Assembly (NCBI GenBank): GCA_965263355.1
Contig: CBDHHL010000032.1
Span: 2,272,001-2,336,000 of the forward strand
Direction: 5' to 3'
Length of the DNA stretch: 64,000 bases
Origin: Leptolyngbyaceae cyanobacterium
Lineage (GTDB): Bacteria > Cyanobacteriota > Cyanobacteriia > Phormidesmidales > Phormidesmidaceae
The stretch's first letter is position 1; every line of letters begins with the position of its first letter. The translations under genes were made by a program, and so were the position numbers. Below are positions 9,252 through 18,863 of this stretch, piece after piece. Under the pieces are notes generated by a model that made no database searches, had not been told where the DNA came from, and was given only the letters and a program-made list of their open reading frames with translations.

Positions 9252-9896
9252 CTAGGCATTATCTACCTGGGCAATAGCTTTAATTGATTCCAAAAGCTGC
9301 AATACATTTGTAGATTGTTTTATTACATAAAGAGGCAAACAGACCAGTATAGTTATTTGAACAAAACTCAAGCTACCCCCCATCCAACTCAACAAAGGTG
9401 TCTTGACATAATATGAAGAGTACAGAAGCAAATAAAGCAGTTCATTACCGATAATCAGTGCGTCCATAAATGGCTTGTTGCCATAATAAAGAGTGAGCAG
9501 TCTATTCTTCGACCAGGTAGTAGCTTCTTTATGGTTGATATACCCCCCAATTGCTGTTGCATATAGCAAATAGTAATGACTGCCGATATCCAATGCAATT
9601 AACAGAATAAAAATAGAGGTGTATTCAGGATAGAGTTCTGACAAAATAAGACATAGACCTGCTGTGGAACAGCGATCTGTCACCATATCTAGCGCTGCTC
9701 CAAAGTGAGAGCTTTGCTTAAACTGTCTAGCGGCCCGGCCATCAAACTCATCGAGTAGAAAAGCCAATGAATATAGACCAACAAAGATTTCCCAATGGCC
9801 ACCCCAGGTATGGCCAATGAATGCACCTGCGTAAAGGAACACTCGCAGATAGCCAATAAGATTGGGAATATAAAGGAAGACTCGATTATTCGTCAT
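9252..9896 (-). CDS. Eukaryote-type CDP-diacylglycerol--inositol 3-phosphatidyltransferase (PIS/CDIPT-like)
   Basis: Starts MTNNRVFLYIPNLIGYLR. CDP-alcohol motif DEFDGRAARQFKQSSHFGAALDMVTDRCST, plus PIS-specific LDIGSH, NHK, LYY, GNEL. The ORF track starts at TTG 9953; ATG 9896 fits better. Confidence 0.85.
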   Translation of the reverse strand: MTNNRVFLYIPNLIGYLRVFLYAGAFIGHTWGGHWEIFVGLYSLAFLLDEFDGRAARQFKQSSHFGAALDMVTDRCSTAGLCLILSELYPEYTSIFILLIALDIGSHYYLLYATAIGGYINHKEATTWSKNRLLTLYYGNKPFMDALIIGNELLYLLLYSSYYVKTPLLSWMGGSLSFVQITILVCLPLYVIKQSTNVLQLLESIKAIAQVDNA

Positions 9897-10113
9897 ATTG
9901 ATTATGGATTCAAGCACCAGAAGCGTAAATGTTATTAAAACCTTTTGGCTCAAAAGATGAACAATATATAATTGACTATAGTCTGACAGCTTTTGCGATG
10001 TCTATAGGTCCAAAAACCTCAACATTAAAATGTGCTGTGAGGAGTCTTCGGAAGCAGCTTTAGTCTAGAAAACTCTTAGCAAGAAACCTCACGTAGAATT
10101 ACTTAGGAGAGAA

Positions 10114-11169
10114 TTGATGCTTGTAGTAACAACAGTAATTTCAACCATACTGTTTGGTATAACTGTTGCCATTATTATGATGCCAGCCAGCACCCAAAAA
10201 AAGAGGGTATTTTTGCAAGCAAAGAAAGATTTTATAGGCTGGGCAAGGGATTTCAAAGCTGTTCAGGTTGATAGTAAGGAGGAAACCTGGGCTAAAGATA
10301 TTACTATCATTATCAAAACGTTTGAGCGCCCTTGTTGTATCGTACAATTGCTCAAATCTATCAGACAATATTATCCTACGGTTCAGGTTTTAGTTTGTGA
10401 CGACAGTAGAGAAACTTTATTTCAGGATCAAGAATCGCCCCAAGCTAGCATTACCTGGTTCACGCTTCCTTTTGAAGCTGGCCATAGTATTGGTGCTGGT
10501 CGAAATCATCTGTTAGATCATGTTCGTACAAAATATGTATTTCTCTGTGATGATGACTCTGTTTTTAATGACCATACTTGTCTAGAAAAATTACATAGGT
10601 TTTTAGAAGAGTCTAATTATGACTTTATTGCAGGTGCAGCAGGGAAAGATAATGCCAATATCTCTGTTTTTGAGCAGCAGGGATCAGTTGTTTACCAACG
10701 ATTTGGTCGCCATAAAGGTGTGGTTAGTCCTGGTGTTGTCAGGTGCGATCGCGTCGATAATGTCTGGCTTGCTAAAACCGATGCCGTCAAGCAAGTTCGC
10801 TGGGAATCACGTACCGTTGCCAATGAGCATAATGACTTTTTTCTACGTGCCTCTCGACAGGATCTCAAGATTGCTCAAATGGCCAATGTGTATGTTGACC
10901 ATGATCGTAGCTGTGAGGTAGCCACTGGTATTGGTCGGCTAGTGCAATGGGTATTGCCCCAATATCATTGGGATCGCGAGTATTATAATTTAACGGTTGG
11001 ATCTAATAACTTCTTAGGAATTCGCAGCCATCAATCTAGACGATTAGAGCAAGAATATATTTTTAAGAAAAATGGTATAGACAAGATTGTGGATATTAAT
11101 ACTCCCTTTTCCCGTAGGCGGCTAAATAACTTTTTAAAGATCTCAGAACTTGGTATGCTCAATCCTTAG
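10114..11169 (+). CDS. GT-A glycosyltransferase resembling B4GALNT1/2 (GT12/GT2-like), N-terminal membrane anchor
   Basis: TIIIKTFER, SIRQYYPTVQVLVCDDS, GAGRNHLLDHVRTKYVFLCDDD, HNDFF, VYVDH; RBS AGGAGAG upstream. Confidence 0.8.
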   Translation: MMLVVTTVISTILFGITVAIIMMPASTQKKRVFLQAKKDFIGWARDFKAVQVDSKEETWAKDITIIIKTFERPCCIVQLLKSIRQYYPTVQVLVCDDSRETLFQDQESPQASITWFTLPFEAGHSIGAGRNHLLDHVRTKYVFLCDDDSVFNDHTCLEKLHRFLEESNYDFIAGAAGKDNANISVFEQQGSVVYQRFGRHKGVVSPGVVRCDRVDNVWLAKTDAVKQVRWESRTVANEHNDFFLRASRQDLKIAQMANVYVDHDRSCEVATGIGRLVQWVLPQYHWDREYYNLTVGSNNFLGIRSHQSRRLEQEYIFKKNGIDKIVDINTPFSRRRLNNFLKISELGMLNP

Positions 11170-11224
11170 CTAAGAAGCCTGTAAAATATAGAAGTGCCAT
11201 GAGAATTAAGTCTAAGATACAGAA

Positions 11225-12241
11225 CTATAAGCTGCTTGCTTTGGTTACAGCATTACAGCCATAGGTCGCATAAAGGTTCCCTAAAAATCTGCCTGTAGTG
11301 CGTTGCATCCAAGGAATCATATCTTCAAAGGGATGTAGCTTCTTTAGCTTTCGTTGTCCTCTTTTGACGGAGGCAGGAATAAACACCTTATTACTTGAAA
11401 ATATTCTGTCAAACTTTTCAATAATTCTATCTTCATTCGTACATTCATTGGCAGTATTATTCAGAAAACGAGATTGAGATAGATAATGACGGTAAAGTTT
11501 CTCATTTTGATCAATTTCTTTAACAACTTCAATAACGGCATTAAATGATGGATAGTCATTGCAGTTGATGAAGGCTGCCGGATTGAAGTCCTGAGCGACA
11601 TCTGGATCTCCCCAATAAATAGGAATAGTATCGCCTACTAAAGATTGCATCAACTTTTCGGTGGTGTAGCCAGCATGTTGAGAATTCTCAAATGCCATAC
11701 TGAACTTGTAGTTTCTAAGGAATGCCATCTTGCCGACAACCTCATTCTCAACTTGATACCCAATATTATTAGCGACTGCCCCACCAGAATCTACCCTTTT
11801 ATATTTTGAAAGCTTGTTCAAGAAAATTAGCCGTTCCATCGCATTGGGATTAGAAATGAGACAGGCACAAAACTTTGTTTTCTCAGCAACAATTTTGTCA
11901 ACATTCCGAGGCTTAAATAAGCTTTCAAACTCTGTCTCATACATCCTGTACCATGGCAGCCTATAGTTTCGCTCAGTTTCAGGGTAATAACATGAAAATG
12001 CATAGTCACATCGATTCCAATTAGGACGAACACTTTCGCAAGAGAAAAAAATTCGAGGACAATCATAGTCCAAATAGTCGAGACCAAAGCAGCAATAGAT
12101 CAAAAAATCAGGATCATCGGATAGCACTATATTAAAATGTTTAGATAGCAAACGATAAAGACAATTGTTCTGACAAGTCTCTTTGGTAACAGGATCCCAA
12201 AAATCAGTAAAAAGAAGTTTTATGGGTTTAGAGTAGTTCAT
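11225..12241 (-). CDS. Alpha-1,3-fucosyltransferase (GT10)
   Basis: YKFSMAFENSQHAGYTTEK, TIPIYWG, KRVDSGG motifs; likely start ATG 12241 (MNYSKPIK). Confidence 0.88.
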   Translation of the reverse strand: MNYSKPIKLLFTDFWDPVTKETCQNNCLYRLLSKHFNIVLSDDPDFLIYCCFGLDYLDYDCPRIFFSCESVRPNWNRCDYAFSCYYPETERNYRLPWYRMYETEFESLFKPRNVDKIVAEKTKFCACLISNPNAMERLIFLNKLSKYKRVDSGGAVANNIGYQVENEVVGKMAFLRNYKFSMAFENSQHAGYTTEKLMQSLVGDTIPIYWGDPDVAQDFNPAAFINCNDYPSFNAVIEVVKEIDQNEKLYRHYLSQSRFLNNTANECTNEDRIIEKFDRIFSSNKVFIPASVKRGQRKLKKLHPFEDMIPWMQRTTGRFLGNLYATYGCNAVTKASSL

Positions 12242-12266
12242 ATGCTTAAAATCAAGGACAGGGATC

Positions 12267-13046
12267 ATGATGAAAGTATTGATAAACTTTGGCAACCGTA
12301 GTTATTACCATTCTCAAAAAATCAATAGCCAATCAGGCCTTTCAGTAGGAGACTTTGATCAGAGCATTCAATATACACCTAGAGATATTGATCGAGAATT
12401 TTGGCAGAAGAATCAGAGAGTTCTATCTCAAAAACGGGGAGCTGGCTACTGGTTATGGAAACCATATTTTATTAAAAAAGCATTAACCTCATTGCAGTGG
12501 GGTGATTATCTTTTCTATTGTGATGCAGGTGCCCATTTTATTGCTTCCATCAACCCATTGATCGAAATCTGTGAATCATCTAACCAAGACATAATTGTTT
12601 TTGAGTTGGAGTTATTAGAACGAGCATGGACCAAGCGAGATGCTTTCATCTTAATGGATGCTGATGTGCCGGAAATAATTGATACCCCTCAACGAATTGG
12701 AGGGTACCATCTGTGGAAAAAAACATCTTTTTCACTGAGTTTGATACAAGAATGGCTTGATTATGCGCAAGACGAACGCATTATTACAGACCTTCCTAAC
12801 CAATTGGGGCAACCTAACTATCCGGAATTTACTGAGCATCGCCACGATCAGTCTAGTTTAAGTTTACTCACCAAAGGGTATAAGATTCCTGCCCACCGCA
12901 ATCCATCCCAGTGGGGTAATCCTTTCATAGCACAGTACCCCCAGTCCACCTATGGGCAATTAATTCAAGGTACACGTCGCCGCGATAACTTATTCCAGCA
13001 AGGCATTAATTATATTTACGATATGAGTCTAGCTTTAACACAATAA
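12267..13046 (+). CDS. Putative glycosyltransferase/glycan-cluster protein (RGxGYWxWKP...HRHDQS family)
   Basis: RGAGYWLWKPY, YCDAG, WTKRDAF, HRHDQS motifs seen in surface-glycan cluster proteins. Confidence 0.6.
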   Translation: MMKVLINFGNRSYYHSQKINSQSGLSVGDFDQSIQYTPRDIDREFWQKNQRVLSQKRGAGYWLWKPYFIKKALTSLQWGDYLFYCDAGAHFIASINPLIEICESSNQDIIVFELELLERAWTKRDAFILMDADVPEIIDTPQRIGGYHLWKKTSFSLSLIQEWLDYAQDERIITDLPNQLGQPNYPEFTEHRHDQSSLSLLTKGYKIPAHRNPSQWGNPFIAQYPQSTYGQLIQGTRRRDNLFQQGINYIYDMSLALTQ

Positions 13047-13056
13047 AGAGGCCATT

Positions 13057-13854
13057 ATGCATACATATTGGATCAATATGGACCAATCTGTTGCCCGACG
13101 GGAGTTTATGGAGCAGCAGTTTGAACACTTGGACTATCAACACACACGGATAAGGGCTTATACACCTGAAACATCCCCTGTCATTCGAAAACCAGTTAAA
13201 TGTAAGCGTAGTGCTAAAGACTATGCATGTATTGCATCGCATTTCAAAACATTTCAAACTGCACTGCAAGATGATCAAGAAATTTTCATGGTCATGGAAG
13301 ATGATACTGTTATTCCTTTCCAAGTCGATTGGCTACAACTGATTAAAACATCGCCTCAAAACTGGGATATTCTACAGCTGTTTGTCATTAACAAACGTGT
13401 TGTCAGCAGACTTTATAATAACCGCTATAGGAGAGGTAAATTATGGCATCCCTGGAGCGTAAAACACTTCTCTGCCGGCATTTACCTGATCAAAAAAGTA
13501 GCTGCTCAACATTTAATCAATCTATTTTGGCATGATGGCACATTAGATTTTTCACAGCTCACCTATCCAGCCGTTATCGATGAAGTGCTGTATCGCCCTG
13601 TAAAGACCTATTCCCTGACCTACCCTGCATTTTTCTCCAACATAGATCTGGGTAGTACAGTACATCCAGATCATGTTGAACGTCATGCTCAATGTGTTTC
13701 TAAAATTCTTTCTATTCAACAAAATGGAGATATGCCTTCCTTTATTCATCCTATTATGTTTGATGTCTCCTCTTCGAATACGTTCACCAGTAATCCTTTC
13801 TCTGCCAAGACCTGGCCTTTTTCCTTGGCCTCTGTTTTTTCTAGAACAACTTGA
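13057..13854 (+). CDS. Glycosyltransferase family 25
   Basis: YWINMDQSVARR, ACIASH, VMEDD, AGIYLI motifs. Confidence 0.8.
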   Translation: MHTYWINMDQSVARREFMEQQFEHLDYQHTRIRAYTPETSPVIRKPVKCKRSAKDYACIASHFKTFQTALQDDQEIFMVMEDDTVIPFQVDWLQLIKTSPQNWDILQLFVINKRVVSRLYNNRYRRGKLWHPWSVKHFSAGIYLIKKVAAQHLINLFWHDGTLDFSQLTYPAVIDEVLYRPVKTYSLTYPAFFSNIDLGSTVHPDHVERHAQCVSKILSIQQNGDMPSFIHPIMFDVSSSNTFTSNPFSAKTWPFSLASVFSRTT

Positions 13855-13886
13855 TCATTATTGCTGCCCACAATTTTCATTTAAAT

Positions 13887-15230
13887 ATGAGAAAATTATA
13901 TATTCCTGTCTTTTCTAATGCAATTCAGTCTAAGCGATTCTCCATCGCTAAAGGCAACCCTGGCGTTGGGGGCACTGAGTTTAACTCCATTATTCTGGCG
14001 TTAACCCTAGCATCAGCCCATTTAAATTGGCAGATAGTTTTGGGCCATCAACATCCGATTATTCTTGAAGATGCTCCTTCAAACATAGTCCAGGAAATAT
14101 TTCCAGATATTTCAGCCTTCTTAAAGGCTTTAAAGTTATGTCCAACAGATCGAGCAATTGTGCCAGCCTTGATATTGATTAAGGCATGTACAGATCTGAT
14201 TAAACAAGTAGAACAGCAAATAGTATGTTGGAGTCATCACCCGTTTGATGTTGAAGCACAAATATTAAATTCTAGAGCAGATTTCAGAGCTATAGTATGT
14301 GTTGGGACCTACCAATTTTATTCAAATACAAATCTTCGCTCAAAGATTTACCATATACAGAATCTTTTTTATCTGCCACCCTTACAAAAGAAGAAAAAAG
14401 ATCAGTATTTAAATCATCGAAAACTCAATATCTTGTTCTTAGGGGCTTTAACATTGGGTAAGGGGTTTGCAGAAATTGCTAAGGCTTGGAAATCTCTTAA
14501 GCAGAAATTTCCAGATGTAAAACTACATGTGATTGGCTCCTCTGCGACCTACGGCTGGCCGACTGAGGCTGAGCTGGTACCCACCTCAAAAAAATATGCT
14601 AGTCAGATTCTTCGATCTATTCCTGAAGATGATATCCATCAGGGGCGCGTTATTTTCCATGGCAACCTCGGCATAGAAAAGTGGGATATCATGGCTCAAT
14701 GCGATATTGCACTCCTCAATCCTACTGGTCAAACTGAGGCATTTCCGGCCTCAGTTCTTGAGTGTATGGCCTGCGGTATTCCTGTCATTGCTTCAAACGA
14801 CTATGGTATGTCAGATACCATGAGATTTTTTCCTGAACTCGTTATCAATAACCATAAAAATATTACTGATAAGGTTGAGTGGCTGATTTCTAACCCATCC
14901 AGATATCGTGAGATGCAACAACGATCCTTAGCCATTGCTCAAGAGTTTAGCTCGCAGACAAATGTAATTGTGAAACGTTGGCATAAACTGGTAGAGGCAA
15001 TCTCTTCAAGTATCTCTGAGAGTCAACAATTGAGATTGGAGTTATCCCCAACGTTGCCTTTCTTTGGGGTAAAAGCAAAACTTCGTCGCCGTCAATTTTT
15101 TCAATCATACTTCATATTGAAAATGCGATGGAACATGTTCAGGAGTAATTTAGTATATAAAGCTAAAAACCAAAACTTAAACTCTGAAAAACCTTTAAAT
15201 AATATGACTATCGTGGAGAACCAAAGGTGA
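13887..15230 (+). CDS. Glycosyltransferase family 4 (GT-B)
   Basis: GVGGTE, FLGALTLGKG, EAFPASVLECMACGIPVIAS; ATG 13887 preferred to TTG 13851. Confidence 0.82.
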   Translation: MRKLYIPVFSNAIQSKRFSIAKGNPGVGGTEFNSIILALTLASAHLNWQIVLGHQHPIILEDAPSNIVQEIFPDISAFLKALKLCPTDRAIVPALILIKACTDLIKQVEQQIVCWSHHPFDVEAQILNSRADFRAIVCVGTYQFYSNTNLRSKIYHIQNLFYLPPLQKKKKDQYLNHRKLNILFLGALTLGKGFAEIAKAWKSLKQKFPDVKLHVIGSSATYGWPTEAELVPTSKKYASQILRSIPEDDIHQGRVIFHGNLGIEKWDIMAQCDIALLNPTGQTEAFPASVLECMACGIPVIASNDYGMSDTMRFFPELVINNHKNITDKVEWLISNPSRYREMQQRSLAIAQEFSSQTNVIVKRWHKLVEAISSSISESQQLRLELSPTLPFFGVKAKLRRRQFFQSYFILKMRWNMFRSNLVYKAKNQNLNSEKPLNNMTIVENQR

Positions 15231-15305
15231 TTTTATTCCTAATAAATGTACCTTGGTTGACCTGAAATTGCTATAAAGAGATGACATCCTCTTTGAGAGA
15301 AACTT

Positions 15306-16163
15306 TCAAAAAAAATGTAAAAAAACAAATATTATGCCTAGCAAAACTAAGAGAATTTCTACTTTAGGCATAGGTAATTTAAACCTAGCAATTAAATATA
15401 TATGCATCATTGCCATTCTGCCAAATTTACTTTTTTGGCATATCCTGTTTACATCGGTGATTGAATCTACACAGGATAAACTATCACAAGAAAATGTCTC
15501 ACTCAATGCATAAAGTCTTACCTTTTTTATATAAGCAATGGATGACAATAGCAAATCATCATTTGTTTTTATCCATAAACCATAATTTTCAATATAGTTT
15601 GACCATTCTGTTGAAGGGAGAAAAAAGGTGGCAGTGCACATAATCATGCAAGCTGCTTCCAAAACAGCAACTCTATTAAATTCTAAATTGTTATAAATTC
15701 CAGAACTGCGACTAAACCGAAATGGGAAATAGTAGAATTGAACTCCCTGAAAGCCCACCATAACATTGGTATGGCCTAAGGAAGAATAATTTCTATACAA
15801 AATGCTGACGCTATCTGATGAGTAGTAAGTGTCATCATCAAAAATAACAATTTGGTTTTTGTCTGAAAAAAGGTCTAGTTTTTTAAGCGTTTCATGGATG
15901 TAAATAAACTTTGTGGCTGGGCCTTGATCCTCAACTTCAAAGACTTTTAGGATGGGTTCAGACGTAATTTTTTTTGGTAATCCTGGATATGCTTGGTTTA
16001 GCCTTTTGTTAAACCTGGGATAAAACAGGAGAATCAAATTTACTAATTTAGTATTTTTGATGGATTCAATATTTTTTTCTAAATTTCCTACTCTTGTAGG
16101 TGTAGTTGTAAGCGATCCAATAATCATATTTGAATAAAGAGAATGAGCATTAGTATGCAACAA
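15306..16163 (-). CDS. Divergent GT-A-fold glycosyltransferase-like protein with C-terminal TM helix
   Basis: SLTTTPTR, DQGPATKF, IVIFDDD, NDDLLLS; very AT-rich; likely start ATG 16127. Confidence 0.5.
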   Translation of the reverse strand: MLHTNAHSLYSNMIIGSLTTTPTRVGNLEKNIESIKNTKLVNLILLFYPRFNKRLNQAYPGLPKKITSEPILKVFEVEDQGPATKFIYIHETLKKLDLFSDKNQIVIFDDDTYYSSDSVSILYRNYSSLGHTNVMVGFQGVQFYYFPFRFSRSSGIYNNLEFNRVAVLEAACMIMCTATFFLPSTEWSNYIENYGLWIKTNDDLLLSSIAYIKKVRLYALSETFSCDSLSCVDSITDVNRICQKSKFGRMAMMHIYLIARFKLPMPKVEILLVLLGIIFVFLHFF

Positions 16164-16573
16164 CCAAAAAGACCCTAAAGGCTAACAATCCATTCCCATG
16201 GTGTCAAATTCAGTACTTAATGCTTCAGGTCATGCTTTTAACATTAGTAGTATAATTATCTATTACCCTCGGACTATTCTGTGAAAATTTGGGAGTATTT
16301 TTGAGGAAAAGTGTAAATATATAATCAGAGTAATATTCCTTAGGAAAATCTTGGTCTGGGGCTAATCAGACAAATCAGTGGGCGAATGGTGATCGCAAAT
16401 AGCACTAATGCCGTTACCAGACACTTGATACGTTTAGCATAAAAGTCACTTAAGAAAACAGCGGGGACATGCTTAGACCAACCTGAGACTAGTATGGCCA
16501 TATACTAGTGTTAACACTGATGGCTCAAGGAAAGTAATGATGTTGAATATTCAAATATACTTGTTCTATTGAT

Positions 16574-18667
16574 ATGACATTGCCCTGTTCACGACCTGAT
16601 CCTGATGAAACGGCAATCAATAAACCATTAACATTCCCTTCTTCCTATAGACCAGAAATCGATGGCCTTAGAGCATTAGCTATCATTGCTGTTATTATTA
16701 ATCATTTTAATGCAGACTTGTTACCTAATGGCTTTTTAGGTGTAGATATTTTTTTCGTGATATCTGGTTTTGTTGTTACTTCATCACTGTCTGGCAAACC
16801 TAATACATCTTGGAAAAATTATCTTTTGACTTTTTACACTAAACGAATAAAGAGACTAATTCCTGCCTTAGTGATTTGTGTTATCGTCACTGCCATTGTC
16901 AGTTGTCTGGTCATCGATGTTGATCTGGTTGTAACGCTGTTACCAACGGGAGCTGCATCGCTTCTTGGTGTATCAAATCTACAATTGTTACATCAGAATA
17001 ATAACTACTTTGGGCAGGCGGCAATATTCAACCCCTTTACTCAAACATGGTCGCTAGGCGTAGAAGAGCAATTTTATCTTATTTTTCCCATTCTTCTAGG
17101 TCTTTGTGGCTATAGCCGACAGCGTCGATTTGGAGGTAATCGAAATCTGATATTAGTGATATCAGTCCTAAGTTTTTTTTCACTAGTCAATTATATTTAT
17201 TTATTTAAAACTAATACCCAGGCAGCTTTTTATCTAATGCCAGCACGATTTTGGGAATTAGGTGCTGGATGCATGATGTTCTTGATTGTCACCTATTACT
17301 CTAGTTCCTTCTTAGTACGCTGGCAAACTACTGTAATGCCTCTTCTATATGGACTATTTTTAATCGGACTATTCTTATGGGGCGGAATAGATCGGGCATT
17401 TGCCACTATTGTTACAGTCTGTCTGACTTGCTTGCTGCTGTGGTCTTTCAATCAGAAGGGATTTTGGGTTAGCTTACTATCCTCTAAAAAGATTGTTCGA
17501 GTTGGTTTACTGTCCTACTCTCTTTACCTATGGCATTGGCCAGTACTGATTATTAGTCGTTGGACAGTTGGTGTCTCTAAATGGACTAGTCCTATTTTAT
17601 TGATTCTGATTATTGGGATAGCGATGACGTCCTATCACCTAATTGAGCAACCTCTTCGATATGCCCAGTGGTCAAAGGCTCGATTTAAAGCCATTGCTTA
17701 CGGGGTGTTTGCTACATTGGTATCTGCCAGCTTTTTGTCGGCACTTAGGCATGCTCCCCTGAAAGGAAAACTCTACTCTAGCAGGTATTTTCCTGAGCAA
17801 TATTTAGCCTCCTTTAAATTGAGCAAAAATTATCATCCTTGTCGTGATGCCAAACTGGCATCTAAAGATCTTTCTGAATGCTTTCATCCTTCAACAATCT
17901 CACCATCGACATTATCTCCAAGAATTTATTTTATCGGAGATAGCCATACATACTCACTGCAAGCAATGGCTAGTCGTCTGATCGAAAAGGGAAATGTTGC
18001 GCAAATTGCTATGGTTGCAAAGGATTCATGTCTATTCTCATTTACTTTGGTAGACATCAAACGCTGGCTAGGCGATCTTGCATGCAGGAAGTCTAATCGT
18101 GCTTTTTTAACTAAAGTAATGGAGACTGGAAAGTCTGGAGATATAGTTGTTATAACAAATTTTTATGATGCTTATTTTATTCCGAAATCGACCTTAAACC
18201 CACAGCCACCTGCTTTCTTGGTGCCAGTGAGTGGGGCCAAACTCGATAAAGATAAAGCCTTGGAGATATATTCAAAAGAATTAGTCAATATTGCTCAACA
18301 GTTATCTCAAAAAGGGATCTCTCTAGTTGTTCAATCCTCTCTTCCTACTTGGAAAAATAAATTATGGGAATGTCAGGCGCATTGGTTTCGACCAGCAGCA
18401 AGTTTACCTGAAACTTGCAAGTTGGATGCAAGCTTGGAATCGCAGGATCGCTTGCCACTCTTGCAAGCTTTTAAGAAGGCAGCAGCGAATTCAACTAATT
18501 TACATATCTATGATCCATTCCCTCTTTTTTGTAATCAAGATCGGTGTAACCATTTTTCAAATGATAACGTCCCTTTATTTAGAGATGAAAATCACTTAAA
18601 TAACTATGGTGCAGAGTATTTATATAGTGACTTCCTTGCGTTTCTCAAAACACGCTCGTTGTTGTGA
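16574..18667 (+). CDS. OafA/YrhL-type O-acyltransferase (AT3 + SGNH domain)
   Basis: YRPEIDGLRALA, GVDIFFVISGF, WSLGVEEQFY, SYSLYLWHWP, GDSH, DENHL. Confidence 0.92.
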   Translation: MTLPCSRPDPDETAINKPLTFPSSYRPEIDGLRALAIIAVIINHFNADLLPNGFLGVDIFFVISGFVVTSSLSGKPNTSWKNYLLTFYTKRIKRLIPALVICVIVTAIVSCLVIDVDLVVTLLPTGAASLLGVSNLQLLHQNNNYFGQAAIFNPFTQTWSLGVEEQFYLIFPILLGLCGYSRQRRFGGNRNLILVISVLSFFSLVNYIYLFKTNTQAAFYLMPARFWELGAGCMMFLIVTYYSSSFLVRWQTTVMPLLYGLFLIGLFLWGGIDRAFATIVTVCLTCLLLWSFNQKGFWVSLLSSKKIVRVGLLSYSLYLWHWPVLIISRWTVGVSKWTSPILLILIIGIAMTSYHLIEQPLRYAQWSKARFKAIAYGVFATLVSASFLSALRHAPLKGKLYSSRYFPEQYLASFKLSKNYHPCRDAKLASKDLSECFHPSTISPSTLSPRIYFIGDSHTYSLQAMASRLIEKGNVAQIAMVAKDSCLFSFTLVDIKRWLGDLACRKSNRAFLTKVMETGKSGDIVVITNFYDAYFIPKSTLNPQPPAFLVPVSGAKLDKDKALEIYSKELVNIAQQLSQKGISLVVQSSLPTWKNKLWECQAHWFRPAASLPETCKLDASLESQDRLPLLQAFKKAAANSTNLHIYDPFPLFCNQDRCNHFSNDNVPLFRDENHLNNYGAEYLYSDFLAFLKTRSLL

Positions 18668-18829
18668 GAATAAAATCCTTAAATCTTTTACAGTATATAA
18701 ATCCTGAATCAGTTGAACGAGAGGAGCTTTCAGATGAAGACGGCGGCAATGTTCTCTTCGTTAGAGTATAAGAAAATTGCTAAAATTCGAATGAGATTTA
18801 GTAATAGCAATATTTAGTGGCAGAAATAT

Positions 18830-18859
18830 ACTACTTTTTAAGTACTATTAAAAAGTAGT
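18830..18859. terminator. Hairpin between convergent genes
   Basis: Perfect 12-bp inverted repeat ACTACTTTTTAA-GTACTA-TTAAAAAGTAGT immediately after the stop of the minus-strand gene. Confidence 0.5.
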
Positions 18860-18863
18860 GCCT

